Source: Eledone cirrhosa
Lineage: Eukaryota
Reading direction: 5' to 3'
Assembly (NCBI GenBank): GCA_964016885.1
Contig: OZ024741.1
Coordinates: 85,126,001-85,190,000 of the forward strand
Length of the DNA: 64,000 nt
In this document: positions 44,302-58,148 of the stretch, in pieces
Layout of the letters: the number at the start of each line of letters is the position of its first letter
Position numbering within the stretch: the stretch's first letter is position 1
Position numbers and translations under genes: made by a program
The notes under the pieces: model-generated
Database searches by the model: none
What the model was told of the DNA's origin: nothing
Seen by the model: the letters and a program-made list of their open reading frames with translations, nothing else

Positions 44302-45702
44302 ATTGCCCTTCCGACTACAGAGGAGTTCAAGACCGGCTACCCATGGGAACTCCTATACGCAGATGATCTAACGCTCATAGCTGAATCAATGGCCGAACTA
44401 GAGAAGAAATTCCAAACATGGAAGCATGGCCTAGAATCAAAAGGCCTTAAAATTAACCTGTCTAAGACTAAAGTTCTAGTTTGTAGGAAGGAAAATAGGG
44501 CACTGGTCCCATCTGGGAAATGGCCATGCTCAGTGTGTAGGAAAGGAGTAGGCAGAAACTCCATTTTATGTCCCAAATGCAAAGTATGGGTGCATAAAAG
44601 ATGGAGTGGGATCACAGGTAAGCTAACTAAGAATATAGATTTTATATGTGGCCGGTGCTCAGGTGCAATAAGTAGCAGCAAGTGCCCACAGAATACTAGC
44701 TCATTCCATTGCACAGATAGTTTTATAGAAATAGTTTACACCTTCCGTTACCTGGGTGACAAAATCAGCAGTGGTGGAGGGTGCTCTGAAAGTACAGTAG
44801 CTAGAGTCAGAACGGGATGGAAAAAGTTTAGAAAGCTTATACCACTATTGGCCGCTAAAGGTTTCTCTCTAAAAAATAAAAGGCAGGCTGTATGATGCCT
44901 GCATACGAACAGCAATGTTACATGGCAGTGAGACTTGGGCATTGTGTGCAGAGGATATACGCAGACTGGAGAGGAACGAAGCTTGCATGCTCCGTTGGAT
45001 GTGTAATAGTAATATACGTGAATGGCAAAGCATAAATGAACTAAGGGAGAAATTAGGAATAAGAGGGATCAGATGTTGTTTACTCGAGAGAAGAGTACGT
45101 TGGTATGGTCACGTGATGCGCATGAAAGACGACAGCTGTATAAAAAAGTGCAGGGCGATAAAAATAGACGGTAGCCACGGAGTAGGCAGACCCAGAAAAA
45201 CCTGGGACGACTTGATAAATTCCGACCTCACACACTTACACCTCTCCAAGACAATGTCACTGGACCGAGATCTTTGGCGCTACACAGTAATACAGAAGAC
45301 CCGCCTTGCCTAAGTACAAAGCGAACCTAGAGTCAGTAGGCACTTCTTAACAAAAGTACACCCACACCCCACTACCCCCAACCCATCCACACCACCCCTT
45401 TCGATGTAAAATTATGTTGGTACCACAACATCCAGTCCGAAATAAATGAGGTCGTGTAGGTGTCACGACAAAAAACACACAGTCCACGCTGTAATGTGGC
45501 CGTGTAGGTAACACGGTAAAAACAACCCAGTCCACACTGTAGACGTGGTTGGTGTTAGGAAGGGCATCCAGCCGTAGAAAACCTGCCAGACAGTCCTATA
45601 CGAGCAAGACAACCAATCTTGCCTCAAGTGGGAAAATTCCCCTCCAAACCCATGCAAGTGTGGAAGATGGACGTTCAACGATGATGATGTTGATGATGAT
45701 GA
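44302..45702 (+). mobile_element. 5'-truncated RTE-clade LINE
   Basis: RT C-terminus plus 3' UTR ending ggaagggcatccagccgtagaaaac...gatggacgttcaacgatgatgatg. Confidence 0.88.
44320..45313 (+). pseudogene. RTE ORF2 fragment: RT motif C, PHD-like Cys/His insertion, C-terminal domain
   Basis: PWELLYADDL; GLKINLSKTKV; WPCSVC..CPKCKVWVH..FICGRC; FRYLG; frameshift; MLHGSETW..RWYGHVMR..GRPRKTW. Confidence 0.9.
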
Positions 45703-45744
45703 TACCTAACTGTACCAAGGATCTCACACATTTTCCAATATATG

Positions 45745-45838
<94 letters not shown>

Positions 45839-45889
45839 TATATGTATGTATATATGTATGTATATATGTATGTATATATATATATATGG

Positions 45890-46316
45890 GAAATTTCGTT
45901 TCATTTTTTCCGTTTATCGTTTTCGGTGCACCCGGCCGATTAACCCACTCCAGATGCAAATTGGGCTACTCAGCCGTTAATATGCATAAGGTAAGTATAT
46001 ACGTTCAACAATCTGGCAGGAATAGCTAATAAGCTGGAAACTAGTACAGCATTCCTTTGTCAGTGTTGAACAAACGAGCAACGATGGTTGCTAGACACTA
46101 CGGCTTAATTCGGGATGTTTGTTTACAAACACACGGAGCATTATAATAAATGTTCTGTGAATCCATACGTACATATATATGTGTGCATGTATGTATATAT
46201 ATATACATACTACTGTACGTCTGTATACATATATGTATGTACGTGTACATACTTATATTTAAGTAACAGCCGTACTAAGAGTGGGAAATGAAATTTCGTT
46301 TCATTTTTTCCGTTTA
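45890..46316 (+). repeat. Single copy of the array sister family, HHR core deleted
   Basis: Homologous to 11800-12284, with gaaatttcgtttcattttttccgtttat repeated at both ends. Confidence 0.8.
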
Positions 46317-46390
46317 TATATATATATATACATATATACATATATATATATGTATATATATATATACATATATATATATATAAATATGTG

Positions 46391-46422
<32 letters not shown>

Positions 46423-46423
46423 A

Positions 46424-46468
<45 letters not shown>

Positions 46469-46471
<3 letters not shown>

Positions 46472-46842
46472 TGGCTGCCAACTCGTTTTCGAGTACGGCC
46501 ACTACTTTATATCCGTGTAGGAGAACCCCTACCGATGCGCTGAACGTGTGGGTTTTTTTAGTTCAGCCAGCGACTTGAAAACTCTGGTACAAACACTAGA
46601 CTTGTGACAATTATTGACACATAGTGCTGGGCTCATGGTACCATGTGACGACAAGTGCAGAGAGATCTCTAGATATAAAGCAATGCACAAAGCCAGTCCC
46701 ACTCTCTTAACCAAGATGATATTTACCAAAAAGTAGAACAAGTCAACATCATTGGATACCATCAGGGTTGCAGGTGTTATATCAGAGTTTTCCTTCTCCT
46801 AGAATTCTGCCTTGACAAAGGCTAAGGGGTCATCTCTCCCGG
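46469..46842 (-). mobile_element. RTE-derived retroposon family B
   Basis: Reverse-complement homologue with an internal deletion. Confidence 0.8.
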
Positions 46843-46863
46843 ATATATATATATGTATATATG

Positions 46864-46915
<52 letters not shown>

Positions 46916-47044
46916 TACATATATATCTGTGTATATATATATATATATATATACATACATATATACATATATATATATGTATATATATATATATACATAT
47001 ATACATATATATATATATGTATGTATGCATATATATATATATAT

Positions 47045-47092
<48 letters not shown>

Positions 47093-47463
47093 TCATACAC
47101 CGTTATTTACCAACATTCAACACAAGTCTGATGAATTCTTTTGATAAATTTAAAAGCTCAACAGCACTGAGATAAATATATCTTACACAAAAATATCAAT
47201 TCAACCACTACGATCATTCAAATAGTCTAATAAACTTATAGCAAATCAATCTAATTGACTGTTATCTTCGTAACTGATTTGGCTCATAAAAAAGATCAAT
47301 TGCCAATTAATTGAGGATTTCCTAAATTATGCGAAATATGAAAAGATTTTTTTTTTAATATTAATCTAACATTGATATGTATCAAATCACTTTTTTAAAA
47401 CGTATGTAAAATGTTATTGATTAAAACGATAATATTTTTTTTTTATATTTCCTTTAAAATATA

Positions 47464-47586
47464 TAATTGTTTCTACGTTTGGCACAAAGCCAGCAATTAT
47501 CCAGTGCATTATTTTATCGACCCCGTAAGGATGAAAGGCAAAGTTAACCTCGGCGGGATTTGAACTCAGAATGGCAAGGGCCGTAA
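47464..47586 (-). mobile_element. SINE family 1 fragment
   Basis: ttttatcgaccccgtaaggatgaaaggcaaagttaacctcggcgggatttgaactcag. Confidence 0.8.
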
Positions 47587-47798
47587 TAAAATGCTATAAT
47601 AAAACTCATAGGAATATATTATTCCAGGCAGATTTTAAAACGGATATCGAATTTATGCGTTTGATGCAAGCAAGCAAACAAACAAAATGAATTACTAAAA
47701 TATATTTATGAACACCAACCCCTTACTTTGTAAAGATTTTAATATTTCCTGTGGTTGGTAATGTGTCTGTTTGGGCATTAATTTAATCTTCCTCTATC

Positions 47799-47857
47799 TA
47801 TATAGATACCTTTTAAAATGATTAATCTGATTAATCATTTTAAAAGGTATCTATATA
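47799..47857. repeat. Perfect palindrome, 29-bp arms
   Basis: tatatagataccttttaaaatgattaatc t gattaatcattttaaaaggtatctatata. Confidence 0.92.
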
Positions 47858-47993
47858 TTTGAAGTTCTAGTTCACTAGAACAACTTTAATTATTTACCTA
47901 CCTAGCTATGTGTTTACATTCTTTACAAATTATTCCCTGTGATTGTTTCATATGTTTATTTTATATATATATATATGTCAATCTATTTCTAGT

Positions 47994-48034
<41 letters not shown>

Positions 48035-48270
48035 TATATTCATATACATACATGTTGATTGCTACTTCTTGTCAAAAGAGTACCATCTGTTTATTGAACA
48101 TTGCACGATTATTTAAATGTCTATACATATATATATATGTGTGTGTGTGTGAGAAAGAGAGAGAGAGAGTAATTATAGTGGAATAGCCCACACTTATTTT
48201 TAATAAGGTATGAAAAGCTCAATGCGTGATTCGGGTTGAGATGGATTCTTCAAAATTTATATATATATAT

Positions 48271-48712
48271 ATGAAAATACTCAGGACCGCGACGGCTGAG
48301 CTCTGGTCGTTTCAACAGCTAGATCCGAACTGAAGCGCCGGTATTCGAGCGGAGTGAATCTAGCTGGTCTCCTCGGGGGATATAGTCCATATATGGGCAG
48401 AGAGTCATGCCGCCATGAGTGTAATAAATCTAGATAATTTAAGACATGTATCGGGATAAAGCAGGACTAAAACAGCTATCTTTACAAAGACGTACATTTG
48501 AACAAACGTAACCCCCCACCCCGATCACTGATCACTGAAAAAAAAACAAGAGAACTTTAAAGATTATTTATGCATAGACAGTCTGCCCATATATGGACTA
48601 TACCCTCTGAGAAGACCAGCTAGATTCCCACCGCTCGAATACCGGCGCTTCAGTTCGGATCTAGTTGTTGAAACGGCCGGAGCTCAGCCGTCGGGGTCCT
48701 GAATTTTTTCAT
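48271..48712. repeat. Inverted repeat (~130 bp arms), each arm a hammerhead motif
   Basis: Right arm 48602-48697 accct-CTGAGAA-gaccagctagat..atctagttgtt-GAAA-cggc cggagctca gccg-TC-ggggt. Left arm 48286-48381 (-) has CCGAGGA, so the consensus is CUGAGGA. Confidence 0.82.
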
Positions 48713-48966
48713 ATTACCCACTCTTCTACGCCAAGTATCCAGTACTCTGGTGAGTGATGGTCTAAATGGTTTTTACCGCCTCCATTCATATATATGTGTG
48801 TGTATGTGAATATATGTATATGAATATATATATATATATACATATGTATTGTAAAGAGTCGGGACTCGACTCTTTATAATATAACCATGCTCTACTATCC
48901 CAAGTATCGAGTACTCTGTTGAGTAGTGGTCTAACTAGTTTCAAACTGATTCCATCATGATTTATG

Positions 48967-49055
<89 letters not shown>

Positions 49056-49217
49056 GTTTTTGTTCAAAGAAGCCCCACGCTATAAAATGCTTCTGATGAT
49101 ATTTTGAAACTAAACACTAATGAGTTTTTAAATTAATCAAATTGTATTAGACAACAAGCAAATACACACACACATGTATCTCCCTCTCTCTCTATATATA
49201 TATATATATCTCACTCC

Positions 49218-49307
<90 letters not shown>

Positions 49308-49616
49308 GAAGTCTAACATGTTCAGAAAGAAGAAAGAAATAAAGATGAACATTTCAGCGAGAATTTTATATAATGTGCTTTGTATTTTTGTTTGTTTTTG
49401 TTTTTGTGTGTGTGTTGTTTTTCTCGTTTTTGTTTAAATTGTAATTTATATGTTGGCTGGTTGTGTAGTCAAGCTGGTGTGAAGTTCCGTTAAGTTGACT
49501 AATACATCTTAAGGTAATTAGATTCGTAGTAAGCACACTAATATTAATTTTGATCACATAGAAATAGAAATATATATGGCTTTTTCATGTGCTGCCAGAA
49601 TGAAAGAAACTTGTTC

Positions 49617-49656
<40 letters not shown>

Positions 49657-49685
49657 ATATATATGTATGCATATATATATATATA

Positions 49686-49744
<59 letters not shown>

Positions 49745-50045
49745 ACGGAACAGGTCAACAATTCTTCCCTCTGATCTTCGCAAATGAAGAATTCGCCATT
49801 CATATATATATATTTCTCCAAAATGGGTGACTGAATATCCACGTGTTTTTTCTCGTCTTTTTCTGTTCATTCCTACTCTCAGGCTCTCTCTTTCTATGTC
49901 GTCTTAAATTTTGTGAAGCGTTAAACTAATATGTTGCTTCATTGTAGCATGTTGTTTGCTTTGTTACTTCTGTTAATTTTCGCATATATTTATATATATA
50001 TCACAGAAAAAAGAGAATCAGTGTTGCGACGAAAGGAATTTATTG

Positions 50046-50140
50046 GACATATTACAATTGTTTCTCGGGCGACCAGCTCGAGGCACGATCGATAAGGTGA
50101 TCATACCTGACTCTCAAATCACTCGGTCGTCGGATACGTC
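50046..50140 (-). ncRNA. Type I hammerhead motif (U4C) with long stem II
   Basis: gacgtat-CCGACGA-ccgagtga...tcgcccga-GAAA-caattg-TA-atatgtc; 7-bp stem I. Confidence 0.72.
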
Positions 50141-50340
50141 TCGATTCTACGAAGCAGATTTTCCTAACGTCCTTTAACATCGAATTTCCTCGTTTTATAT
50201 ATATATATCATATACAAAATGCCAGCATCAACAGTTTTCCAAGAGATGGCAACATAAATGGACCTGTTATTTTTCTCTAAAAACATTTTTTTCATATTCC
50301 ACCCCACCTGTCCCTTCTATCTGTCTAATTTTTCATTCTT

Positions 50341-50376
50341 TCTTCTGATGAAGGACTAGCGTCCGAAAAGTTAAGA
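50341..50376 (+). ncRNA. Minimal PLE-type hammerhead
   Basis: tctt-CTGATGA-a ggac tagc gtcc-GAAA-ag-TT-aaga. Confidence 0.72.
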
Positions 50377-51230
50377 CCCTCTTCCTACTATTTCAAGCGT
50401 TAACCTAATATATTCCTTCCATATACTGTAGCGATTGTGTTGTTATTTCTGTTTACCTTTTACATATATATATATAGAAAGAGAGAGAGAGGGAGAGAGC
50501 GTGTCTCACGTCTGTGTTCCACGAAGTGAAACAGAACATTTTAAACAGTGTTTGACAAATTGTAACGTCCGTGTAACAGATGGACGAAAAGGCTGTACAG
50601 TTATTATAATATAGATTAACTTATTTTGCATTGTTTAAAAATTGATTACGAATATAAGCACAAGGCCACCAAATTTGGCTGCAATTTTGATTAAATCAGT
50701 ACTAAAAGGCATAGTTAATATAGTTGAACATTTCAACCGGCTCTCTCACGATTCCAATATACCGCTCACCGTTGTTTAAATATTAACAAACAAATCATAT
50801 TTTACTTCTTAGCAGATTATGAATATCAAGATAGCAGTAATTTTCAAACTATGTTCAATTACACAGCTAATGAAATGATGTAGTATCAATATTTATGAGG
50901 CAATAATTTTATGATATATACATTTTTGCTTATATTTCTTTCTGTTTTTATATCACTTTTACGTAAAATAGCATTTGTGTTAACAGTTGTCCAACAAAGG
51001 TGATGGAAGTATCAGAGTATCTGTGTAACACAAATGAAATACTGGCATCAATTTGTCGGTTTTCTTACCGATGTTTCAACCCGTTTCGTTGGTATATAGA
51101 AGTTGCATTTAATTTGTTGGAAATCCGACAAACATAAATATTTATAACTGATTTATGGCACTTAACAAGTTACTGGAGTAAATATTCCATCATATTAAAT
51201 AAATGGAAACTATATTTATAAAACCATATT

Positions 51231-51295
51231 TATTTTATGATATATATTTCAAGGGCAACCAAGACAACATTGGTGCGCTTTCATCAGATAAAATA
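51231..51295 (-). ncRNA. Type I hammerhead ribozyme
   Basis: tattttat-CTGATGA-aagcgcaccaa..ttggttgccctt-GAAA-tatata-TC-ataaaata; AUC triplet. Confidence 0.82.
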
Positions 51296-51359
51296 CAAAG
51301 TTTGTTTTATAAATAGAGGCGTACCCATGAAAATTCTACTTATCGATTGGAAATTCACT

Positions 51360-51473
<114 letters not shown>

Positions 51474-51701
51474 GTATATATATATATTTCGTTTCTGAAT
51501 TTGTTTAGCAAGATTCTTTATCTGAAATCGTGTGTTGAAACCGATATTGTTATACTTTGGGAGAGTCATGTTGCCAATAAGAAACACACGCACCAGTTGC
51601 TTTCACTTCAATTTATTATATATTTATAAATTTACAAATCTACAAACTTATAAAGTTCTGGTTGGTTGGTTGGTTCCACAACCAGATAGTTGTTTATATA
51701 T

Positions 51702-51746
51702 AGTCATAGTCCTTTCGTCACACACTCTGTGACCTCTTCAGTGACT
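51702..51746 (-). ncRNA. Type I hammerhead ribozyme
   Basis: agtca-CTGAAGA-g gtcaca gagtg tgtgac-GAAA-ggac-TA-tgact. Confidence 0.82.
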
Positions 51747-51886
51747 GGGGATTCCTTTCTTTGTTTCTGTGCCTTTCCTTTCTTCTGTCCTACGCCATTT
51801 TGTTTCTGTGTGTGTGTTGTGTGATCAGTTTGCGCATGCGCCACATCCGGGTGTCTGTGTGTGTTTGTGTTCATTTGTCTATTTGT

Positions 51887-51917
<31 letters not shown>

Positions 51918-51961
51918 CATGTTGTTGGTTGGATAAATGAACACAAACACACACAGACAAA

Positions 51962-52502
51962 TGCGCTGAACGAGTGTGATTTTTAGTCCAGCCAGCGACT
52001 TGAAAACTCTGGTACAAACACTACACTTGTGACAATTATTGACACATAGTGCTGGGCCCATGGTACCATGTGACGACAAGTGCAGAGAGATCTCCAGATA
52101 TAAAGCAATGCCTGTGTCGTGAAGCTTTTATAGTGAGCAAAGGCACTGCACAAAGCCAGTCCCACTCTCTTAACCAAGATGATATTTACCAAAAAGAAGA
52201 ACAAGTCAACATCGTTGGATACTATCAGGGTTGCAGGTGTTATATCAGAGTTTTTATATTAGAATTCTGCCTTGACAAAGGCTAAGGGGTCATCTCTCCC
52301 GGTGATTTTGGATGGCCATTGACTCTTAAGAACTCCTTTGCCCTTTGACAGGTTTTGTTTTTAGTCCTGCAGGATGTCCATAGTCCCCCTCCTCACCAAG
52401 AAACCTTGGTGGGGTTGCCAGTTTAGTCGCCAACGACTCGACCATGAAACAGGTTGTACTGGGATACATATTACCAGTAGCACCAACTGGTGACCTGACA
52501 TA
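51962..52502 (-). mobile_element. RTE-derived retroposon family B, copy with the longest 5' end
   Basis: Extends the 5' end to gtcaggtcaccagttggtgctactgg; 3' end truncated. Confidence 0.8.
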
Positions 52503-53921
<1,419 letters not shown>

Positions 53922-54017
53922 GTGGTGGAACACTGGAAGGTAATATCCGTAGTGATAGAGCACTCAGTCCGAGGGACGAGTTAGGTAGAAGTGGTTACAC
54001 AACAGTTAGTTCACCAT

Positions 54018-54059
54018 ACCGAGAACAATTGTTTCACCTTCGCGGATCTTCAGCTCGGT
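54018..54059 (-). ncRNA. Type I minimal hammerhead ribozyme
   Basis: accgag-CTGAAGA-t cc gcgaa gg t-GAAA-caattg-TT-ctcggt; perfect 6-bp stem I. Confidence 0.83.
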
Positions 54060-54179
54060 TGCGCATTTCTAATGCTTTTCAAAAATTATTTTGAGATAGA
54101 GCGCTCGTGATGTTTTCTCTAACATCACGAGCGCTCTATCTCAAAATTATTTTTGAAAAGCATTAGAAATGCGCAACCG
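54056..54179. repeat. Fold-back inverted repeat (~59 bp arms) abutting the HHR
   Basis: cggttgcgcatttc...gtgatgtt ttctct aacatcac...gaaatgcgcaaccg. Confidence 0.92.
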
Positions 54180-54337
54180 GTAAAAACTTAAAACTAAAAC
54201 TGAATATTAACCAATACTTATTACTAATTTATACTTATTCCTAATTAAACTATTTTTCAATGGGAAAAATTTGTCAGCATTTTCTTTTCCTTTTACTAAT
54301 ATATCACAACTCGTGTGTTACACCTCTATTTTTTTTT

Positions 54338-54382
<45 letters not shown>

Positions 54383-54745
54383 TGAAATATATGGAGAATA
54401 GAAATGGCTGTGTAGTTGCTATTTAAGGTAACTCAAAATGTATTGGGAATACGAAGAAAGCAAGAACAGGGAGGGGGGAGTTTTCCTAATCAGTTGTCTA
54501 CTGGGTGTCTAGTATAAGTCTACACTTTAAAGACAAGATACCACTTCACCCCAGGGCGTCAATAACTGGATAAGTTATTGGGAAAACGAAGGAAGGAGGG
54601 AAGGAAAGCAAAGAGGAAGAAAAGAGAAACAATAACAAAACAGCGAAAAAATATACAAACCGAGCAATGTGCGAGCAACTATAGGTAGGAAATCCAGGAC
54701 CACTATATATATATATGATGTATATATATATATATATATATATGA

Positions 54746-54814
<69 letters not shown>

Positions 54815-54832
54815 TATATATATATATATATA

Positions 54833-54882
<50 letters not shown>

Positions 54883-54936
54883 TTCATATATATATATATA
54901 TATATATACTTCATATATATATATATATATATATAC

Positions 54937-54975
<39 letters not shown>

Positions 54976-55393
54976 TATGTATATATATATGTGTGTGTGT
55001 GTGTGTGTATATATATATAGCTATGGTGGCGAAAATCCAAAGCAGTTTCTGCAGGAGCTGTAGATTGGATTAAAGGTATTGTAAATGCGTCGGATGATGT
55101 TTTGCTGTAAATGTTGCGGCTTTGTATGTCCTGAGTTCAAATACCGCCTCGTGTTATTAGAAAAGCGGTGTAACTTCCGTTAGGAGTAGTGAACAACAGT
55201 TTCAACAATGGAATTTAGTTTTATTTGTTGGATCTAGAGATTAGTCATTTCCTTCTGTTGGACATCACCAGAGGGCGTTAGCCCCCCCCCCCCCCCCCCC
55301 GGTGTTTGCATAGCTACTAAAACTGTATTTCTTTGGAGATACTAAATATTTATACATATTGTATAAAGCTATGCTTGAAGCGAAATCCTATTT

Positions 55394-55430
<37 letters not shown>

Positions 55431-55699
55431 GGAAGCAGAAAATTGCTTTTTGTGATCCAGTTCGTGGTTAAAAAAGCCAGTTTCATGGATGGTTTCAACG
55501 TACGGTTAGGGGTAACTCCACAAGTTTGTAAGAATTCCGCTCAATCTTGGAGTATAAAGTATAAAAGAGAAAACACAGGTAAGCATTAAGAGAAGGATTT
55601 TATCCAGGTATTTACGACCGTTTCATTGGTAAGTGCAACCTTATATTGCTATACTGCAAATAGCAGCCACTCAATTATAATTGTTGTTCACAGTCCAAA

Positions 55700-56833
55700 T
55701 TTTCACAAGATTAATGAAAACTTACCATACATCAACTGTAACTCAAACCACCCACTATCCATAATTAAATCCATTCCACGCAGCATATCCCTTAGGATCT
55801 CCCGACTCTCGTCTAACCGAGAAATCTTCGAAGAACATGCAGAATACTACAATACCGCATTAGACAAGGCAGGCCACTTAGATAGAGTAGAATATATAGA
55901 TGAAAGCCTCCGTAAAGCGCACACGAACACGCATAACACAAACTCCAGAAGCACACGCACGCACGCACTTACGCATAGAACTACAAAGTATACGGTAAAT
56001 AGAAATACATCGAAATCAAACTAGTCACGCAGTAGTAAATATATTTGGTATAACCCCATATTTAACACCTCTATTAGTACAACCTACCCTCTAACTTCTT
56101 TAGAATAATAAATAAGCACTTTCCAGATTCACATAGATACAGCAAAATCCTTAACACTAAATCTATTAGACTATCTTACTCCACGGCACCAAATATAGAG
56201 GCACACATTAAGATGTTTAACGCTAAAAAGATACATAACAACACCAGAACACAAATTTACAACAATAACAATACAATCACCATTGAACACAACAGAATAT
56301 CTAATACACAGCCACCCACTAATAGGCAAACAAAACGTAACACACTTGTACAGGCATCGCAGCCCACCAATAATGCCAAAGTTGCCCATGACAAGAATTG
56401 TAACTGCGACCTACCTGAAACCTGTCCATTTCATAATGAATGTATGCAGTCTAACCTGGTTTACCAATGCACAGTGGAATCAGACAACCAGAAATGGTAT
56501 TACATCGGAGCGACTGGGAATACATTTAAAGCCCGTTGGTATACACACCGTTACGCAATGAAACATTCCCAGCATCGTTATGTAACTACCCTTGCAAACA
56601 AGACCTGGCAACTGAGGGAAAGTAATCATCAATACACCCTGAAATGGAAAAAATTATCGAACGCGCCCCCATATCGGAGTGGTATGAGAAGCTGTTGATT
56701 ATGCGACCTTGAGCTGTTCCACATCTTGAGTTCGAAGAATAAGTTACTCAACAATAAAATCGAAAGATCAATTTATTGTAACCATAGACTCAAAGAGAAG
56801 TTTTCGCACTACAAGTTCAAATCGAACCCCTAA
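55700..56833 (+). pseudogene. PLE ORF C-terminal part: RT thumb, CxCx5C, GIY-YIG (in-frame stops)
   Basis: [34 protein letters not shown]; CNCDLPETCP; NLVYQCTV..YYIGATGNTFKARWYTH; C*LCDLE..YCNHR. Paralogous to 4841-5937. Confidence 0.88.
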
Positions 56834-57404
56834 CCTCTTACTACCAACTGACAAACTGCATATACCTAGACTTTATACCCTCTTGTTGTATCTAAACTCT
56901 TTTAATTACCCACAAAAACCAATACCTATATCCCCCCTTCTCCTTCATTCCTCTTCTATTTCTTCGTTTTCTTCCTTCCTTCCCTCTCCTTTTTGGCTAT
57001 CTTTTCTTTTCTTCTTTCTCCCCCTTCTTTGCTTTTATTTTTGTCATTATTATCTTTATCTTTATTTTTTATATATATATTTATCTCTTTAAATCTCCCC
57101 CACTCTCTCTCTATCTCTCTATCCATCCCTCCCACTATGATCAATTTAATTCTCTTTAACTCACTACATTCCACAACATGAAGTCTACTTATCAAAACTG
57201 AACAAGGAATCCTTCCACCTCTACCCCTCCCTCCATCTCAGTTTGTCACTCTACTTCCTAACTGTTCCCCCTTCCTCTCTCTCTCTATACTATTCCGTTT
57301 GTCCCCTCACCTTCTGATTCCTCTCTCTATATACTAGTAAATACAATTCCAAATAAATGTTTTTCTCTATATATCAAGAATTATTTCAAGAGTAACTTAC
57401 TCAC

Positions 57405-57563
57405 TATTTTGAAAATTTGGACTGTGAACAACAATTATAATTGAGTATAGCAATATAATTGAGTATAGCAATATAATTGAGTATAGCAATATAATTGAGT
57501 ATAGCAATTATAATGCAGTATCGCAATATAAGGTTGCACTTACCAATGAAACGGTCGTAAATA
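57405..57563 (+). ncRNA. Candidate hammerhead with U3-A8 covariant core in the PLE pLTR
   Basis: tatt-TTGAAAA-t ttgg...ccaa t-GAAA-cggtcg-TA-aata. Stem II contains an 18-bp tandem expansion. Confidence 0.55.
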
Positions 57564-57667
57564 CCTGGATAAAATCCTTCTCTTAATGCTTACCTGTGTT
57601 TTCTCTTTTATATATATATATATTCATATTTTTAAAAAATAGCTCTGACAGTTGGCAGGTGAACAGT

Positions 57668-57717
57668 GAACTGCACTGATGAAGGGTTTAACCCAGAAAC
57701 ATTAGTGTCTGCAGTTC
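57668..57717 (+). ncRNA. Type I hammerhead ribozyme
   Basis: gaactgca-CTGATGA-a gggt tta accc a-GAAA-cattagtg-TC-tgcagttc; 8-bp stem I, GUC triplet. Confidence 0.88.
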
Positions 57718-57939
57718 TGTTTACAAGCCAACAAAAGAGCAAGAACGAGGGGCTCATTCTACTGACATGGCTTTAAAATGAGGCTTGTTTGCATAATTGC
57801 AAACGAATCGAATATTATTATTAATATTCGAAAAACTCAGATTACATTTATTTTTTTCAGCCATATAGAGCAATAATTTTTTTTTAATATGGCAAAGCCG
57901 GCCATTTATCGCTCGTATACAGGAAACTGACTGGACAGT

Positions 57940-58035
57940 CTGCTGATATGCAAATCTGGCTAATCAGTAGATCTGCTAATATGCAGATCTGACTGATCAG
58001 CTAGTCTGCTAATATGCAAATCAGGCCAATCAGCC
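57940..58035 (+). promoter_or_regulatory. Three 33-bp repeats with octamer (ATGCAAAT) and CCAAT-like motifs
   Basis: atgcaaat 57948, atgcagat 57981, atgcaaat 58014, ccaat 58026. Confidence 0.4.
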
Positions 58036-58098
58036 ACTGTATATTTTAGAAAATATCATATATTTTCACTAGCTCTGACAGTTTGGCAGGTGAACAGT

Positions 58099-58148
58099 GA
58101 ACGGCGCTGATGAAGGGTAATACCCAGAAACATTAGTGTCTGCAGTTC
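58099..58148 (+). ncRNA. Type I hammerhead ribozyme (second copy)
   Basis: gaacggcg-CTGATGA-a gggt aat accc a-GAAA-cattagtg-TC-tgcagttc. Confidence 0.83.

Larger units (their letters stand above)
55560..57612 (+). mobile_element. 5'-truncated Naiad-like PLE with an inverted partial pLTR at its 5' end
   Basis: 55560-55705 is the reverse complement of 57410-57612; the ORF remnant lies between them. Confidence 0.88.

Noticed and set aside
47128-47175. Isolated CTGATGA
   Set aside because: No GAAA or stem I partner; expected by chance.
55265-55280. CTCF-like motif tcaccagagggcgtt
   Set aside because: A single imperfect match with no supporting context.
56690-56705. In-frame TGA in the Naiad-like ORF as selenocysteine (known in some Naiads)
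   Set aside because: The TGA lies in C*LC, aligning to K of CKLC in the paralogue rather than to a conserved Cys. The copy also has TAG stops, so ordinary decay is more likely.
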